Virus record (IMG/VR): IMGVR_UViG_3300027899_000012
Span: 26,243 to 90,242 of that record
DNA: 64,000 nt
Strand: one strand, 5' to 3'
Source of the DNA: a virus
In this document: positions 37,312 through 46,944 of the stretch, piece after piece
Layout: every line of letters begins with the position of its first letter
How positions within the stretch are numbered: the stretch's first letter is position 1
Notes under the pieces: model-generated
Databases searched by the model: none
Told to the model about the DNA's origin: nothing
The model's input: the letters and a program-made list of their open reading frames with translations, nothing else
Position numbers and translations under genes: made by a program

Positions 37312-38367
37312 CTAGTTGTTTCCCGGGGGAGGGGTGCTGCGGAGCATGTGTGCTCCCTCCGGCTCCATCACGGTCGCAAAGCCGTCCCACTCGTCGATCG
37401 CGGTCAAGCCGAAGGATGCGATCTGGCTCGACTCAGTCAGGCCGTACTGGTTGGCGAGCGAGCATCCCACCACGTACCAGGGGCACGCGAGATCGGAGTC
37501 AGGAAGGCAGTCGATCCCGTTCTTCACCAGGAAGCGAATCATCCCGGCCAGGTACGCCAGAAGCGGAGCGATCGCTTCAGCTTTCACTCCAGCGTGAGGG
37601 TTAGGGGAAAGCCTCTTGAATGATTCGACTGCGGCTGCGCGGTAGTCGGCCATCAGCTGAGCAAGCGGCGTAGGAGAGCCCACAACCCTGGCCTTCGGGG
37701 GAAGGCGTTCGACGATGTTGTCTCGCTCCGGCTTGCCATGCCCTCCCCGGCATATTCCCTCGCACTCAGCGCACAGACCCTGATCCTTGAACCAGCAACG
37801 GGTCGAGATGACTTCGGCCCGCAGCTGCACGATCCCGTCCTCGAACTGCACGGCAATGGGAACGCTCACAAAAGCGTAAGACCAGTTTTCCTCGCCCACC
37901 GTCGATCGCCTGGTAACAGTGACCACCTGACGCTCTCCGGCAAGCGTTCCTGGCTCCACGGTAATAGTCATCCCCCGGGCCTCCATGGCTGCATTTCGGA
38001 CGGAAGCGGGCGCTCCAAGAAGCTGGAGCAGGGCCGTGCCTTCCTTGCTGTTAAAGGAATCCTGCATGACCAGGGGCGTGACGCCTTTTTCCGTCGCCGT
38101 CAGCGGATGCGCTGCATGCAGGTTCCTCATCTGTTCGGGACTGGCCTGGGCCAGGCACTCGACCACTTCATCGACGCCTTCCATGACGTGAAGAGGGTCG
38201 TTGAGCGTCGGCTTGGCCTTGGTCACGTCGGCAAGGGTTTGGAGAAGCTCGCCGATGGTCGGTGCCGAGACGCACAGACCGAAGTTCGTCTTGGCCGTGT
38301 ACGTCACGTTGGCACCATCGACCAGGGCTTCCATGCAGATCGATCCCACGCGGAACTGCTCGGTCAT
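37312..38367 (-). CDS. hypothetical protein
   Basis: MTEQFRVG...; ATGA coupling. Confidence 0.7.
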   Translation of the reverse strand: MTEQFRVGSICMEALVDGANVTYTAKTNFGLCVSAPTIGELLQTLADVTKAKPTLNDPLHVMEGVDEVVECLAQASPEQMRNLHAAHPLTATEKGVTPLVMQDSFNSKEGTALLQLLGAPASVRNAAMEARGMTITVEPGTLAGERQVVTVTRRSTVGEENWSYAFVSVPIAVQFEDGIVQLRAEVISTRCWFKDQGLCAECEGICRGGHGKPERDNIVERLPPKARVVGSPTPLAQLMADYRAAAVESFKRLSPNPHAGVKAEAIAPLLAYLAGMIRFLVKNGIDCLPDSDLACPWYVVGCSLANQYGLTESSQIASFGLTAIDEWDGFATVMEPEGAHMLRSTPPPGNN

Positions 38368-38663
38368 GACTGCTCCTCGATGCCCCGGCGCGCGAGACGG
38401 CGCTTGCGCGTGCGGCTGTGGGCGTAGGCCGCTCTGAGTTGATCGTCGGTGTACCAGTCGTCGAAATGGACCGTTTCTTTCGATAGATCGTGAATGGCTC
38501 GGCGCTGGTGGGGTTCGGGAGCGTTTTCGCCTTGGCACCATCGGTAGACGGTGGGACGGGCTACCCCGAGAAGCGTCGCGAGCCACCCTTGGGAGCGATC
38601 TCCGACCAGCCATTCGGCCATGTGAGCGATCGCCGGAACGCAGGTTGTGTCCTTGGTGAGCAT
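38364..38663 (-). CDS. Cro/XRE-like helix-turn-helix regulator
   Basis: SQGWLATLLGVARPTVYRWCQG; promoter TTGACA-N17-CAACCT-N6-ATG. Confidence 0.8.
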   Translation of the reverse strand: MLTKDTTCVPAIAHMAEWLVGDRSQGWLATLLGVARPTVYRWCQGENAPEPHQRRAIHDLSKETVHFDDWYTDDQLRAAYAHSRTRKRRLARRGIEEQS

Positions 38664-38845
38664 GGCGGTAGGTTGCGTCGGGCCGGGCGGATTGTCAAGT
38701 GATTTCTCTTTGTGCTCATGCAACAGAGTGCTCCTCTTGTTGTGCGGAAACGCGACCAGCTTCCAATCGCAGACAGGCCGGTTATGCGCATTCATCTATG
38801 ATTGAAGCTTTACGCAGGTGCAACAAAGAAAGTTCGCATCTGTTG

Positions 38846-38873
38846 TTGACAGCACGTTGCGCATGCGTATAGT
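38846..38873 (+). promoter_or_regulatory. leaderless sigma70-type promoter of the recombination operon
   Basis: TTGACA-N16-TATAGT-N6-ATG(38880). Confidence 0.75.
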
Positions 38874-38879
38874 GGCTGC

Positions 38880-40037
38880 ATGCTCACAGCTGCCCAGATC
38901 AAGATGCGCCAGACGGGCCTGACGGCCACGGACATGGCCTCGATCTCGGGCGAGAACCCCTTCGGCGGGCCGGCCGGGGTCTACGACGACAAGACGTGCC
39001 CCTTGGATGTCCTTCTGGAGCGCAGCCAGCGGCCCACCAACGAGGCGGAGACGGGGAACGTCTTCGAGGCCGCCCTGGCGCGGCGATACTGCATGGCGGC
39101 CGCTCCGGAGCCAGGAAAGGTTCTCCGGGTCGTCCAGAGCAGGCACAAGACCTTCCGGCACCCCACGTGCGAGTGGGCGCTGGCTACGCCTGATCGATTT
39201 GTGATGTGCCTGGACCGAGGCGAGCAGATATCGCACGCGGGCCTGGTGCACGGGATTTGGCCCGAGAAGTACGAGAAGTGGCTTCTGGAGTGCAAGCTCG
39301 TCGGCCCCCGGATGATGCGCGAGTGGGACACGTCCCTGGATGCCGACGAAGATGCCGATCGCATCCCCTCGTACGTGTACGTGCAGGTCCAGTGGCAGAT
39401 GTTCGTCCTGGAACACACTAGGTGCGACGTGGCCGCCCTGCTGGGGGGAACGACCTTTCGCCACTTCAGGATCGACCGAGACCAGCCGTACATCGACGCA
39501 CTGGTGAAGCTGGGAGACGCTTTCTGGCGAGAGCACGTTCTCGCCAGGGTCCAGCCGCCCCCAGACGGATCGGCATCCTACGACCGGCTTCAGGCCCGGC
39601 TGTTTCCCGAGCCTCCCCAACCCCCGGCCCCCGCGCCGGCCGGCGTGGCGGAGCAGGCCTACCAGCGCATGATGAAGCGGCTGTTTCCGAAGCGCTTCGA
39701 CAACCTGGTGCCAGCGCCCGAGGGAGCCGAAGAGATCGCGCTGCGGTACCGGCGAGCGAGACAAGCCGCTAAAGAAGCCAACTACCAGCAGAAAATCTGC
39801 CTGCAGACGCTCAAGCAAATCGTGGCCGAAGCTCCGGGCATTCGGGCGGAACGCTTCCAGGCCTTCTGGGCAAGCAGCAGAGGAAACATTGACGTGTACG
39901 CGTTGGCCGCTGAACTAGGGATCACGGCCGCGCAGCTGGACAAGCACCGGAAGCCTCCGCGCAGGGGCATGCGGGTGACGGTGTACGGATCCGATGGGAT
40001 TGCAGAAGGCGAACGAACGGACGAGGAGGAGTTCTGA
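38880..40037 (+). CDS. YqaJ-like viral recombinase (lambda-exonuclease family)
   Basis: RQTGLTATD, GNVFE, ATPD, LECK, YVQVQWQM. Confidence 0.92.
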   Translation: MLTAAQIKMRQTGLTATDMASISGENPFGGPAGVYDDKTCPLDVLLERSQRPTNEAETGNVFEAALARRYCMAAAPEPGKVLRVVQSRHKTFRHPTCEWALATPDRFVMCLDRGEQISHAGLVHGIWPEKYEKWLLECKLVGPRMMREWDTSLDADEDADRIPSYVYVQVQWQMFVLEHTRCDVAALLGGTTFRHFRIDRDQPYIDALVKLGDAFWREHVLARVQPPPDGSASYDRLQARLFPEPPQPPAPAPAGVAEQAYQRMMKRLFPKRFDNLVPAPEGAEEIALRYRRARQAAKEANYQQKICLQTLKQIVAEAPGIRAERFQAFWASSRGNIDVYALAAELGITAAQLDKHRKPPRRGMRVTVYGSDGIAEGERTDEEEF

Positions 40038-40939
40038 TGAGGAAGGCGAGAGCACCACGCAAGGCGAAGATGGCGCGCAATGATGAGTACGGCGCGCAAA
40101 CCCGGGGCCAGACGCTGGTCTACAATCCCAACGACCTGACGCTGGTCACGGACCCGACGCATCCGCTTTTCGATCCGTCCGTGCACGCCAAGCCGCCAGA
40201 AGAAATGGTCCTGAGCATCCTGGAGCACGGGGTGCTCGTTCCCATCGTGATCCGTCGCAACGGCACCAACAAGGACGGTCGGGCGATCGTCGAGGTTGTG
40301 GACGGCCGCACCCGCGTTCTCGCTGCCAGGGAGGCGTGGAAGCGCCAGTCGCAGTCCGGCATCCCCAAGGAGGGGCGCGTGGTCGTCGGAGCCGTGCTCA
40401 AGAAGACCCTGCGCGACGCGGCAGCCGAAACGGCCATGGTCATCTGCAACGAACACCGGCGCATCGAGGACGTTCTGACCCGGGCCGAGAAGCTCCGGCG
40501 CTACCTCGCGCACGGGCACACGGAGTCGCAGGCCAAGGTCGCCTTCAGCATGAAGGCTCGCGGCTTCAAGGTGCTCATGGACGTGCTCGAAATGGGCGAC
40601 CCCCTGAAGGACGCGCTTCGTGAAAAGAAGATCACGCTGGAGATAGCGCGCACGATGGCTGCTCTTCCCGAGAGCAAGCAGGCTGCGGCGCTGACCGACG
40701 TGCTCGCGAAGGGAGCGGGGAGAGGAGCCGATGCCAAGGGCGCGGCTACCAAGGCCACCAAGGAGCGGGGCAGCCAGCCCAAGCTCACAACCCAGCGGCC
40801 CAAGACCTACCGCCAGATCATGACCGCGATCGACACGGTTGCGTGCATGTCAAACGAGGTGCGCCGGTCTTGCATCCTCGAAGCCCTGGAGTGGGCTGCG
40901 GGGACGAAGAAGGTCGTGTGGTCGGGAGAAAAGACGTGA
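40037..40939 (+). CDS. ParB/Srx-like protein
   Basis: SILEHGVLVPIVI...VVDGRTRVLAA...NEHR. Confidence 0.85.
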   Translation: MRKARAPRKAKMARNDEYGAQTRGQTLVYNPNDLTLVTDPTHPLFDPSVHAKPPEEMVLSILEHGVLVPIVIRRNGTNKDGRAIVEVVDGRTRVLAAREAWKRQSQSGIPKEGRVVVGAVLKKTLRDAAAETAMVICNEHRRIEDVLTRAEKLRRYLAHGHTESQAKVAFSMKARGFKVLMDVLEMGDPLKDALREKKITLEIARTMAALPESKQAAALTDVLAKGAGRGADAKGAATKATKERGSQPKLTTQRPKTYRQIMTAIDTVACMSNEVRRSCILEALEWAAGTKKVVWSGEKT

Positions 40940-41295
40940 ACGTAGTCGTCGGCGGCAGCAGGTTTCTCGCGGATCGGGCGTTCGTGTTCGCGACCCTCGA
41001 TTCCATCCATGCCGACACTCCCATCAAGCGCCTGGCGCACGGCGACTGCGACGGAGCCGACAAGCTCGCCAAGGAGTGGGCGGTGGCTCGCGGGGTCGAG
41101 CAGATCCCGTACGAGATCACGCAGGCGGAGTGGAAGGAAATCGGCCGAAGCGCTGGCCCGAAGCGCAACGGTCGAATGCTCAAGATCGAGCAGCCCCAGC
41201 TGGTGATCGCGTTCCCGGGAGGATCGGGCACCCGGGACCTGGTGAGACAAGCGCGCAGGATGAACTTCCGCGTGCTCGAAGTGGCGAAGTACTGA
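40936..41295 (+). CDS. SLOG-family (YspA/DUF2493-like) protein
   Basis: GGSR, HGDCDGAD, AGPKRN, VIAFPGGSGT. Confidence 0.88.
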   Translation: MNVVVGGSRFLADRAFVFATLDSIHADTPIKRLAHGDCDGADKLAKEWAVARGVEQIPYEITQAEWKEIGRSAGPKRNGRMLKIEQPQLVIAFPGGSGTRDLVRQARRMNFRVLEVAKY

Positions 41296-41307
41296 CAGGA
41301 GGATTCA

Positions 41308-42228
41308 ATGGCTGATCTCGCGAAAGTCGCACAGAACCGCACCAACATCATGGGACAAATCAACGGGGCCAAGGGCCTGATTGTCCCGCTGCTTCCCAAG
41401 CATGTGGATTTCGATGCGCTCGTGGCGCGGATGAACAAGCACATGCATGAAAACCTCCGGCTGCTGGAGTGCTCGCCCACGAGCGTTTTCTGGGCGTTCG
41501 TCCACGCGGCCGAGATCGGCCTGAGCGTCGGGGATTACGCCGGCGAGGCCTACATCCTGGGGTACGGCAACAAGCAGAACCCGAACGGCCCGAAGCGCGC
41601 GCGCATGATCCCGGGCTACAAGGGATTGATCAAGCTCGCGTACCAGTCGGCCCTGGTGTCCCGTGTGGACGCGTACGTGATCTACGACCGGGACGTGTTC
41701 ATCATCGACCTGGGGCGCGAGAAGGATCGCGTGCACTACGTGCCGTACCTGGGCGGAGAGAAGCCCGGTAACGTCATCGCGGTCTACACGCAGATCCAGC
41801 TTTCCAGCGGCGCGGTCAAAGATCACGTGATGCCGCTGTGGCGGCTGGAGCAAGTGAGAAGCAGGGCCCCGAGCGGAGGCGACGCTTCGAGCCCTTGGAG
41901 TACGGACCGGCCGGAGATGTACAGGAAGACCGGGTTGCGCCATTCGCTCAAGGACGCGCCGAAGAGCACCGAGATGGATCGCGCGCTGCGGCTCGACGAA
42001 GCTGCCGAGAACGAGGACGATGACGATCTGCCCGATCTGCCCGCGCTCGACGAGCAGCCGAGCGGGCAGGGGAGGGCGGCCAAGAGCCGCCAGAGGGTCG
42101 AGCAGAGGGCGGAGCAGGCCCAGGCAGCGCTTCCGGTGGGAACGGTCGTGCAGACGCCACAGTCGGCTGCGCAGCCCGCCACGGTGGCAGCGCAGGGCGA
42201 AGTAGGGGGCGACGACAACTTCGACTGA
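41308..42228 (+). CDS. recT: RecT-family single-strand annealing protein
   Basis: LLECSPTS, AAEIGL, GEAYIL, GYKGLIKLA, PW...EMYRKT. Confidence 0.92.
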   Translation: MADLAKVAQNRTNIMGQINGAKGLIVPLLPKHVDFDALVARMNKHMHENLRLLECSPTSVFWAFVHAAEIGLSVGDYAGEAYILGYGNKQNPNGPKRARMIPGYKGLIKLAYQSALVSRVDAYVIYDRDVFIIDLGREKDRVHYVPYLGGEKPGNVIAVYTQIQLSSGAVKDHVMPLWRLEQVRSRAPSGGDASSPWSTDRPEMYRKTGLRHSLKDAPKSTEMDRALRLDEAAENEDDDDLPDLPALDEQPSGQGRAAKSRQRVEQRAEQAQAALPVGTVVQTPQSAAQPATVAAQGEVGGDDNFD

Positions 42229-42238
42229 GGAGACGGTC

Positions 42239-42520
42239 ATGGCTGAAGGCGACAGAGGCGCATTTGATCGATTCGCGGAGCGGTCCCGTAACCGGGTGCG
42301 ATGTCTGCATTGTGGCATCAGTCCGGCGCGGACGTTCCCGATCGTGAACGAGCAGCTGACCAACGCCTTCTGCTCGGAGACGTGCGCCCTGGCCTGGGCC
42401 TTGGCGCACGCCCGGCTGCACTACCACTGGTGCAAGCCCGTCCTGGCGTGGCGTCCCGGGCCTCTGTTCTGCAGCGACTGCGCGCCGTCTCCCGCACCCG
42501 AGGAAGGAGGTCCAGACTGA
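42239..42520 (+). CDS. zinc-finger protein
   Basis: CLHC and FCSETC. Confidence 0.65.
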   Translation: MAEGDRGAFDRFAERSRNRVRCLHCGISPARTFPIVNEQLTNAFCSETCALAWALAHARLHYHWCKPVLAWRPGPLFCSDCAPSPAPEEGGPD

Positions 42521-42810
42521 TGGGCAAGCAAGGATACCCCGCGCTCAGCAGCGCTCACGCCGCCGCACTGATGGGTTTCATCGAGGGGCTGGTGAGCGAG
42601 CCGAAGAGCGCGAACTTCGGCCGACGGTACGCTGGCAACGACTTAGAAATCGAGATCGTGGTGGCTGTGCGCGACCGGTGGCTCATCACGCCAGGCGTGT
42701 GCGTGGCGCTCCAGTCGCTGCTGGCCGAACTGACAGGCGTGCCTTTCCCGGTGGTGTACCTGAGCGGGGCTCCGCATGAGACCGCAAGAAAGGCTATGGC
42801 GCACGAATGA
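42520..42810 (+). CDS. hypothetical protein
   Basis: Coupled ORF. Confidence 0.6.
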   Translation: MGKQGYPALSSAHAAALMGFIEGLVSEPKSANFGRRYAGNDLEIEIVVAVRDRWLITPGVCVALQSLLAELTGVPFPVVYLSGAPHETARKAMAHE

Positions 42811-43937
42811 AACGAGGAACGCTCTACTGCGGCGACTGCTTGCAGGTGCTCGAAGAGCGCCTGGAGCCCGAGTCCGTGGACCTGATCTACCTGGACCCTC
42901 CCTTCTTCTCGAACCGGAACTACGAAGTCATCTGGGGCGACGAGTGCGAGAAGCGGTCGTTCGATGACCGGTGGGAAGGCGGCATCGAGGTCTACGTCGC
43001 CTGGATGGGCGAGCGGCTGCGAGCGTGCCACCGGGTCCTGAAGCCGACGGGATCGATCTACCTGCACTGCGACTGGCATGCGAGCCACTATCTCAAGGTG
43101 CGGATGGACGAGATTTTCGGCATCAAGAACTTCTTGAACAACTGCGTGTGGATCTACGGCCTGGGAGGCAGCAGCAAGCGGTACTGGCCTCGCAAGCATG
43201 ACGAGATCCTGTGGTACTCCAAGATGCCCGACAAGCACTTCTTCGATCCGCCGATGGTCGAGGCCACGTCCAACGCGATGAAAGGCAAGCTCAAGAAGAT
43301 GCTCGACTCGTGGGACATCCCCGCGATCAACAACATGGCGAAGGAGCGGCTCGGCTACCCGACGCAGAAGCCCGAGGCCTTGCTGGAACTGATCATCGCT
43401 TCCAGCAGCAGGCCGACGGACGTAGTTCTCGATCCGTTCTGCGGCTGCGGCACGACCATGGCCGTTGCGCACCGCCTGGGCCGCCCCTGGATCGGGATCG
43501 ACATCTCACCCACCGCGGTCAAGACAGTGCTCAACCGCGTGAAGCCTGGCCCGGACGAGGTCAGCGTGCTCGGCCTTCCCACGAGCATCCCCGAGCTTCG
43601 CGCGCTCAAGCCTTTCGAGTTTCAGAACTGGGTCGTCCGCGAGCGCTTCAACGGAACGCTGGGCCCCAAGGGCGGCGACAAGGGCATCGACGGCTTCACG
43701 TTCATGCTCCACGAGCCCATCCAGGTGAAACAGTCCGAAGGCATCGGCCGCAACGTGGTGGATAACTTCGCGTCGGCCATGCGCCGGGTCAGCAAGAAGA
43801 AGGGCTATATCGTCGCGTTCTCCTTCGGCAAGGGAGCGATCGAAGAGGTGGCGTGCCTGCGGCACCGAGACGGTGTGGAGATCGTACTGGTGACCGTGGG
43901 AGAGATCCTGAACGCGAAGTTTGCGAGGGAAGCATGA
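42807..43937 (+). CDS. N4/N6 DNA methyltransferase (beta class) fused to an Mrr-like PD-(D/E)xK domain
   Basis: DLIYLDPPF, YPTQKP, DPFCGCGTT; C-terminal GDKGIDG...IQVKQ. Confidence 0.9.
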   Translation: MKRGTLYCGDCLQVLEERLEPESVDLIYLDPPFFSNRNYEVIWGDECEKRSFDDRWEGGIEVYVAWMGERLRACHRVLKPTGSIYLHCDWHASHYLKVRMDEIFGIKNFLNNCVWIYGLGGSSKRYWPRKHDEILWYSKMPDKHFFDPPMVEATSNAMKGKLKKMLDSWDIPAINNMAKERLGYPTQKPEALLELIIASSSRPTDVVLDPFCGCGTTMAVAHRLGRPWIGIDISPTAVKTVLNRVKPGPDEVSVLGLPTSIPELRALKPFEFQNWVVRERFNGTLGPKGGDKGIDGFTFMLHEPIQVKQSEGIGRNVVDNFASAMRRVSKKKGYIVAFSFGKGAIEEVACLRHRDGVEIVLVTVGEILNAKFAREA

Positions 43938-44350
43938 GCTACAACATCGAGCTGGTGGGAGAGAAATGCCCCCACTGCGGCGTGACTCCGGCAGAGCCCG
44001 ACGACTGTCCCGACCCCACCTACAATCTGGCGGGCATCTTTCATCTGGCTCTCACGGGACGGCGCATGAACGATCCGGACATCTCCATTTTTGGCGAGGT
44101 GATACTGAAGGAGAAGGTGTCCGCCCCCCGAGGACTCTGCGTTCTGTCGGGCAAGCGCGCAGAGGAAACGGTGGCCGATCTGCAGCTGGCAATCCAACGC
44201 CTCCAGGACCCATCGCCCGCGAGCGTGACGGACTTCTGGCTGCTCGAACCCGACAACGGGTGGGGGAATGTCGAGGACGCTATCTGGGTGCTCGACAAGT
44301 TGCTCTGGCTCGCGAGCAATTACCCGAAGTACACGTGGAAGATCAGGTGA
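43934..44350 (+). CDS. conserved phage hypothetical protein
   Basis: TYNL...LSG...PDNGWG pattern. Confidence 0.75.
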   Translation: MSYNIELVGEKCPHCGVTPAEPDDCPDPTYNLAGIFHLALTGRRMNDPDISIFGEVILKEKVSAPRGLCVLSGKRAEETVADLQLAIQRLQDPSPASVTDFWLLEPDNGWGNVEDAIWVLDKLLWLASNYPKYTWKIR

Positions 44351-44355
44351 CCGAC

Positions 44356-45264
44356 ATGCCCATCAACCCGTTCGACGAGCAGGATAAGTTCACGTGCCCC
44401 CGGTGCGGGTCGCACAACTTCGGGCCCTCCGGCTTCCCTCACGAGGTTGCGTGCAACGGGTACGTGGAAGGGGGGAAAAGACTCTGCGACTACCGCTTCG
44501 TCCGCGAGCCCGCCGCTCCTCCGAAGGAATCCCCCACGATCCGCGTGGGCCGATGGTGGCGGCACCGAAACTCGACCACGCTGGTGCGAGTCTACCGCGT
44601 CGAGGCGTGGCCCAGCTGTCTCACTGGCGAGCCCGATCGCCAGGAGGTGTGGTTCGAGACGAGCGACGGAACGAAGCGGCAGGACCGCCTCCTGGACACG
44701 CTGTTCTTGGAGTACTACCGGCCGCACTCGCAACCCGGCAACGAGCACGAGTCCGATGCCCTGCCCGATCCTCCGTCGCTCAAGTGCGAGGGGACATCCG
44801 ACTGCAAGCAACCGGTCACGCACGCCGAACATTACAACGGTCGCATCCGGGGATGGTGTGAGAATCACACGCCCTGGAGCGGGCACGGGGAGAGGTGCGG
44901 GGATCAGTGCAGGAAGTGGGGCGGAACGGGCGTGATGGTGAAGACGGACAGCCGAGACGCCGCCACGATCGCGTTCGACGAGATCGTCAAAATCTGCGAC
45001 GTGCCCACGTGGGACTACCCCGGCCAGGTCATCCGAGACGTGAGGATGCTCCGGGACCAGCGAGATAAGGCGATGAGAACGCTGGCTCGACTGGTTAAGG
45101 CATGCGGCGCCGATCGGCCCGATCCTGTCTGTGAAGGCTGCGGCCGACGCAAAGCGACATCGATCGGGTTCGTCCACAACGCGGTCATGCTGCTGTGCTC
45201 GGAACTGTGTGAGGGGATGTATCCGGATGCGCCACAAATTCGGCTAGACGAGGTGCTGAAGTGA
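44356..45264 (+). CDS. mosaic multi-zinc-finger protein
   Basis: CPRCGS, WCENH, CEGC. Confidence 0.65.
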   Translation: MPINPFDEQDKFTCPRCGSHNFGPSGFPHEVACNGYVEGGKRLCDYRFVREPAAPPKESPTIRVGRWWRHRNSTTLVRVYRVEAWPSCLTGEPDRQEVWFETSDGTKRQDRLLDTLFLEYYRPHSQPGNEHESDALPDPPSLKCEGTSDCKQPVTHAEHYNGRIRGWCENHTPWSGHGERCGDQCRKWGGTGVMVKTDSRDAATIAFDEIVKICDVPTWDYPGQVIRDVRMLRDQRDKAMRTLARLVKACGADRPDPVCEGCGRRKATSIGFVHNAVMLLCSELCEGMYPDAPQIRLDEVLK

Positions 45265-45554
45265 GTGAGCAAGACAAGGGTGTCGTTTAGCAAGACGAGA
45301 ACGGAAAGCTCGTTTCGTACTGCGCCTGCTGCAAGAAACATCACGCAGATGCGGACAACGATCCGGCCGTCACGTCGCTCGTGGAGTCGCTCGACCTGAT
45401 CGAGGACGTGCAACACGACGGTGATCGATATCACCCGGAGCCGTGCTGTCCCTGGTGCTTCGCCCTTCCAGAGGAGGCTCACGAAGCCGACTGCAAGGCC
45501 GCGCTGCTGCTTCGCAAGCACGGGCGCAAGGTGCGCTTCCAGGGGGAGCCATGA
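45261..45554 (+). pseudogene. paralog of 45742-46089 interrupted by an in-frame TAG at 45288-45290
   Basis: MSEQDKGVV*QDENGKL...CPWC...DCKAALLLRKHGRKVRFQGEP; coupled to both neighbours. Confidence 0.75.
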
Positions 45555-45745
45555 TCCAAGAAACACAGTTCGTGGAAGTCCGCATCGTCTTCTACGACTT
45601 CGCTGGTGCGATGCCGATCGTCAGCGTGGGACAGCACACGCAGGCGAAGGTGAGCAGGAAGGGTCTTGAAGTGCTCGACCTTGCGGTCATTCGGACGTCG
45701 CTGCTCAAGGGTTTTTCGCTGGTTGTGAGGGAGAGGGAGCCATGA
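45551..45745 (+). CDS. hypothetical protein
   Basis: ATGA-coupled at both ends. Confidence 0.7.
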   Translation: MIQETQFVEVRIVFYDFAGAMPIVSVGQHTQAKVSRKGLEVLDLAVIRTSLLKGFSLVVREREP

Positions 45746-46089
45746 AGAACGAGAAGGAACCATGGGTAGATCTCGGCCCCGAGATCATCACGCACGACAA
45801 GCCTGTCATGCTGCAGGCAGATGCGAATGGTCGGCTTCTCTGCAAGTGTCCTTCGTGCGAGCGCGAGCACTCCGTACCGATATTCGGAGGATCGGATCTG
45901 CAACAAGCCCTCGACGCGATCGAATCAGTGATCCTCTTCAGCCCCCCGGACCTAGCCTCCAGCCTGTGTCCGTGGTGCGAGACGTGGTGGAAGGCGTCTC
46001 GCGATAGCCTTCCGCACGCCCGCGACTGCAAGGCTGCTCTGCTGCTCCGCAAGCACGGGCGCAAGGTGCGCTTCCAGGGGGAGCCATGA
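45742..46089 (+). CDS. zinc-binding hypothetical protein
   Basis: CPSC..H and CPWC...H..DC. Confidence 0.75.
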   Translation: MKNEKEPWVDLGPEIITHDKPVMLQADANGRLLCKCPSCEREHSVPIFGGSDLQQALDAIESVILFSPPDLASSLCPWCETWWKASRDSLPHARDCKAALLLRKHGRKVRFQGEP

Positions 46090-46295
46090 CCTTGATCGTG
46101 GACGGGAAGGAAGTCGTCGGGATCGCTGCGTCCTTTGAACCGTGTGCGACCTGTGGATGCCCCAGGTGGCTTCATTACAATGGTCGCGGCGGGTGTTCTC
46201 GTAGTCCTGGCGATCATGTTGGGGTGGGGGATCACTTGTCGAAGTACGTGGAGTGCCCGCGATGGCGCAAGGTGCGCTTCCAGGGGGAGACATGA
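46086..46295 (+). CDS. small Cys/His protein
   Basis: CATCGC...H; ends RKVRFQGET. Confidence 0.7.
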   Translation: MTLIVDGKEVVGIAASFEPCATCGCPRWLHYNGRGGCSRSPGDHVGVGDHLSKYVECPRWRKVRFQGET

Positions 46296-46663
46296 CGGAC
46301 GACTTCGGATTCGACTTGACTGCACCGCCCAAGGCTCCCAAGCCACCGACCCAGTTGTCATTCTGGCACGCCATCCCTGGCGTCGCTGCGATTCTGGCCC
46401 TGTCGGTTCTGGCGTCCTGGGTCGGCCAGATCATCTCCTGGTACACGGAGCCGTTGTACATGGAGCGGTGCATGCCGCCGTACTACACGACGTGGACGAA
46501 GTGGGTGGACGCAGACAAGGTTCGTCTGACCATTGCCGAAGAGCAGCAGGTTGCGGTCGAACGAGCGTACTGGACCGGATACGAGGCGGGTACGAGGTCT
46601 GGGTGCGTTCAATGCGCAGCCGTCTGCGGAGTGCGACGAGATGCTGCCGGAGGAAAGCCATGA
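46292..46663 (+). CDS. single-pass membrane protein
   Basis: One TM segment; AYWTGYEAG. Confidence 0.7.
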   Translation: MTDDFGFDLTAPPKAPKPPTQLSFWHAIPGVAAILALSVLASWVGQIISWYTEPLYMERCMPPYYTTWTKWVDADKVRLTIAEEQQVAVERAYWTGYEAGTRSGCVQCAAVCGVRRDAAGGKP

Positions 46664-46944
46664 AAGCCTACACGATCACGCTGACGGCAAAGCAGTGGCG
46701 GATGGTGCAGACTTCGATGTCGGAGTACCGAGCGACCAGTGATGGTGAGGCGGGGTCAGGACCATGTTCTCACCAGGAAATGTGGCAGTGCAGGACGGAT
46801 TGTGTCCGGGTGTGCGCGTGCGGGCATCTGTGCTCGATCCACGAACAGATGGATTCTCAATCGAGCCGTGGCGACGATCCACTTGGCTTCAAGCCGTGTC
46901 TGGAGTCCGGTTGCCAGTGCATGCAGTTTGAGGAGAAGCTATGA
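46660..46944 (+). CDS. Cys-rich hypothetical protein
   Basis: CACGH...H...C...C.C. Confidence 0.65.
   Translation: MKAYTITLTAKQWRMVQTSMSEYRATSDGEAGSGPCSHQEMWQCRTDCVRVCACGHLCSIHEQMDSQSSRGDDPLGFKPCLESGCQCMQFEEKL

Larger units (their letters stand above)
45488..46295 (+). repeat. three direct repeats at gene junctions (45488-45554, 46023-46089, 46264-46295)
   Basis: The 67-bp pair differs at 3 positions; the third copy matches 31 of 32 bases of the 3-prime end. Confidence 0.9.

Noticed and set aside
45288-45290. Genome-wide TAG-to-Gln recoding
   Set aside because: Many well-defined genes end in TAG, and coding density is already high under code 11.
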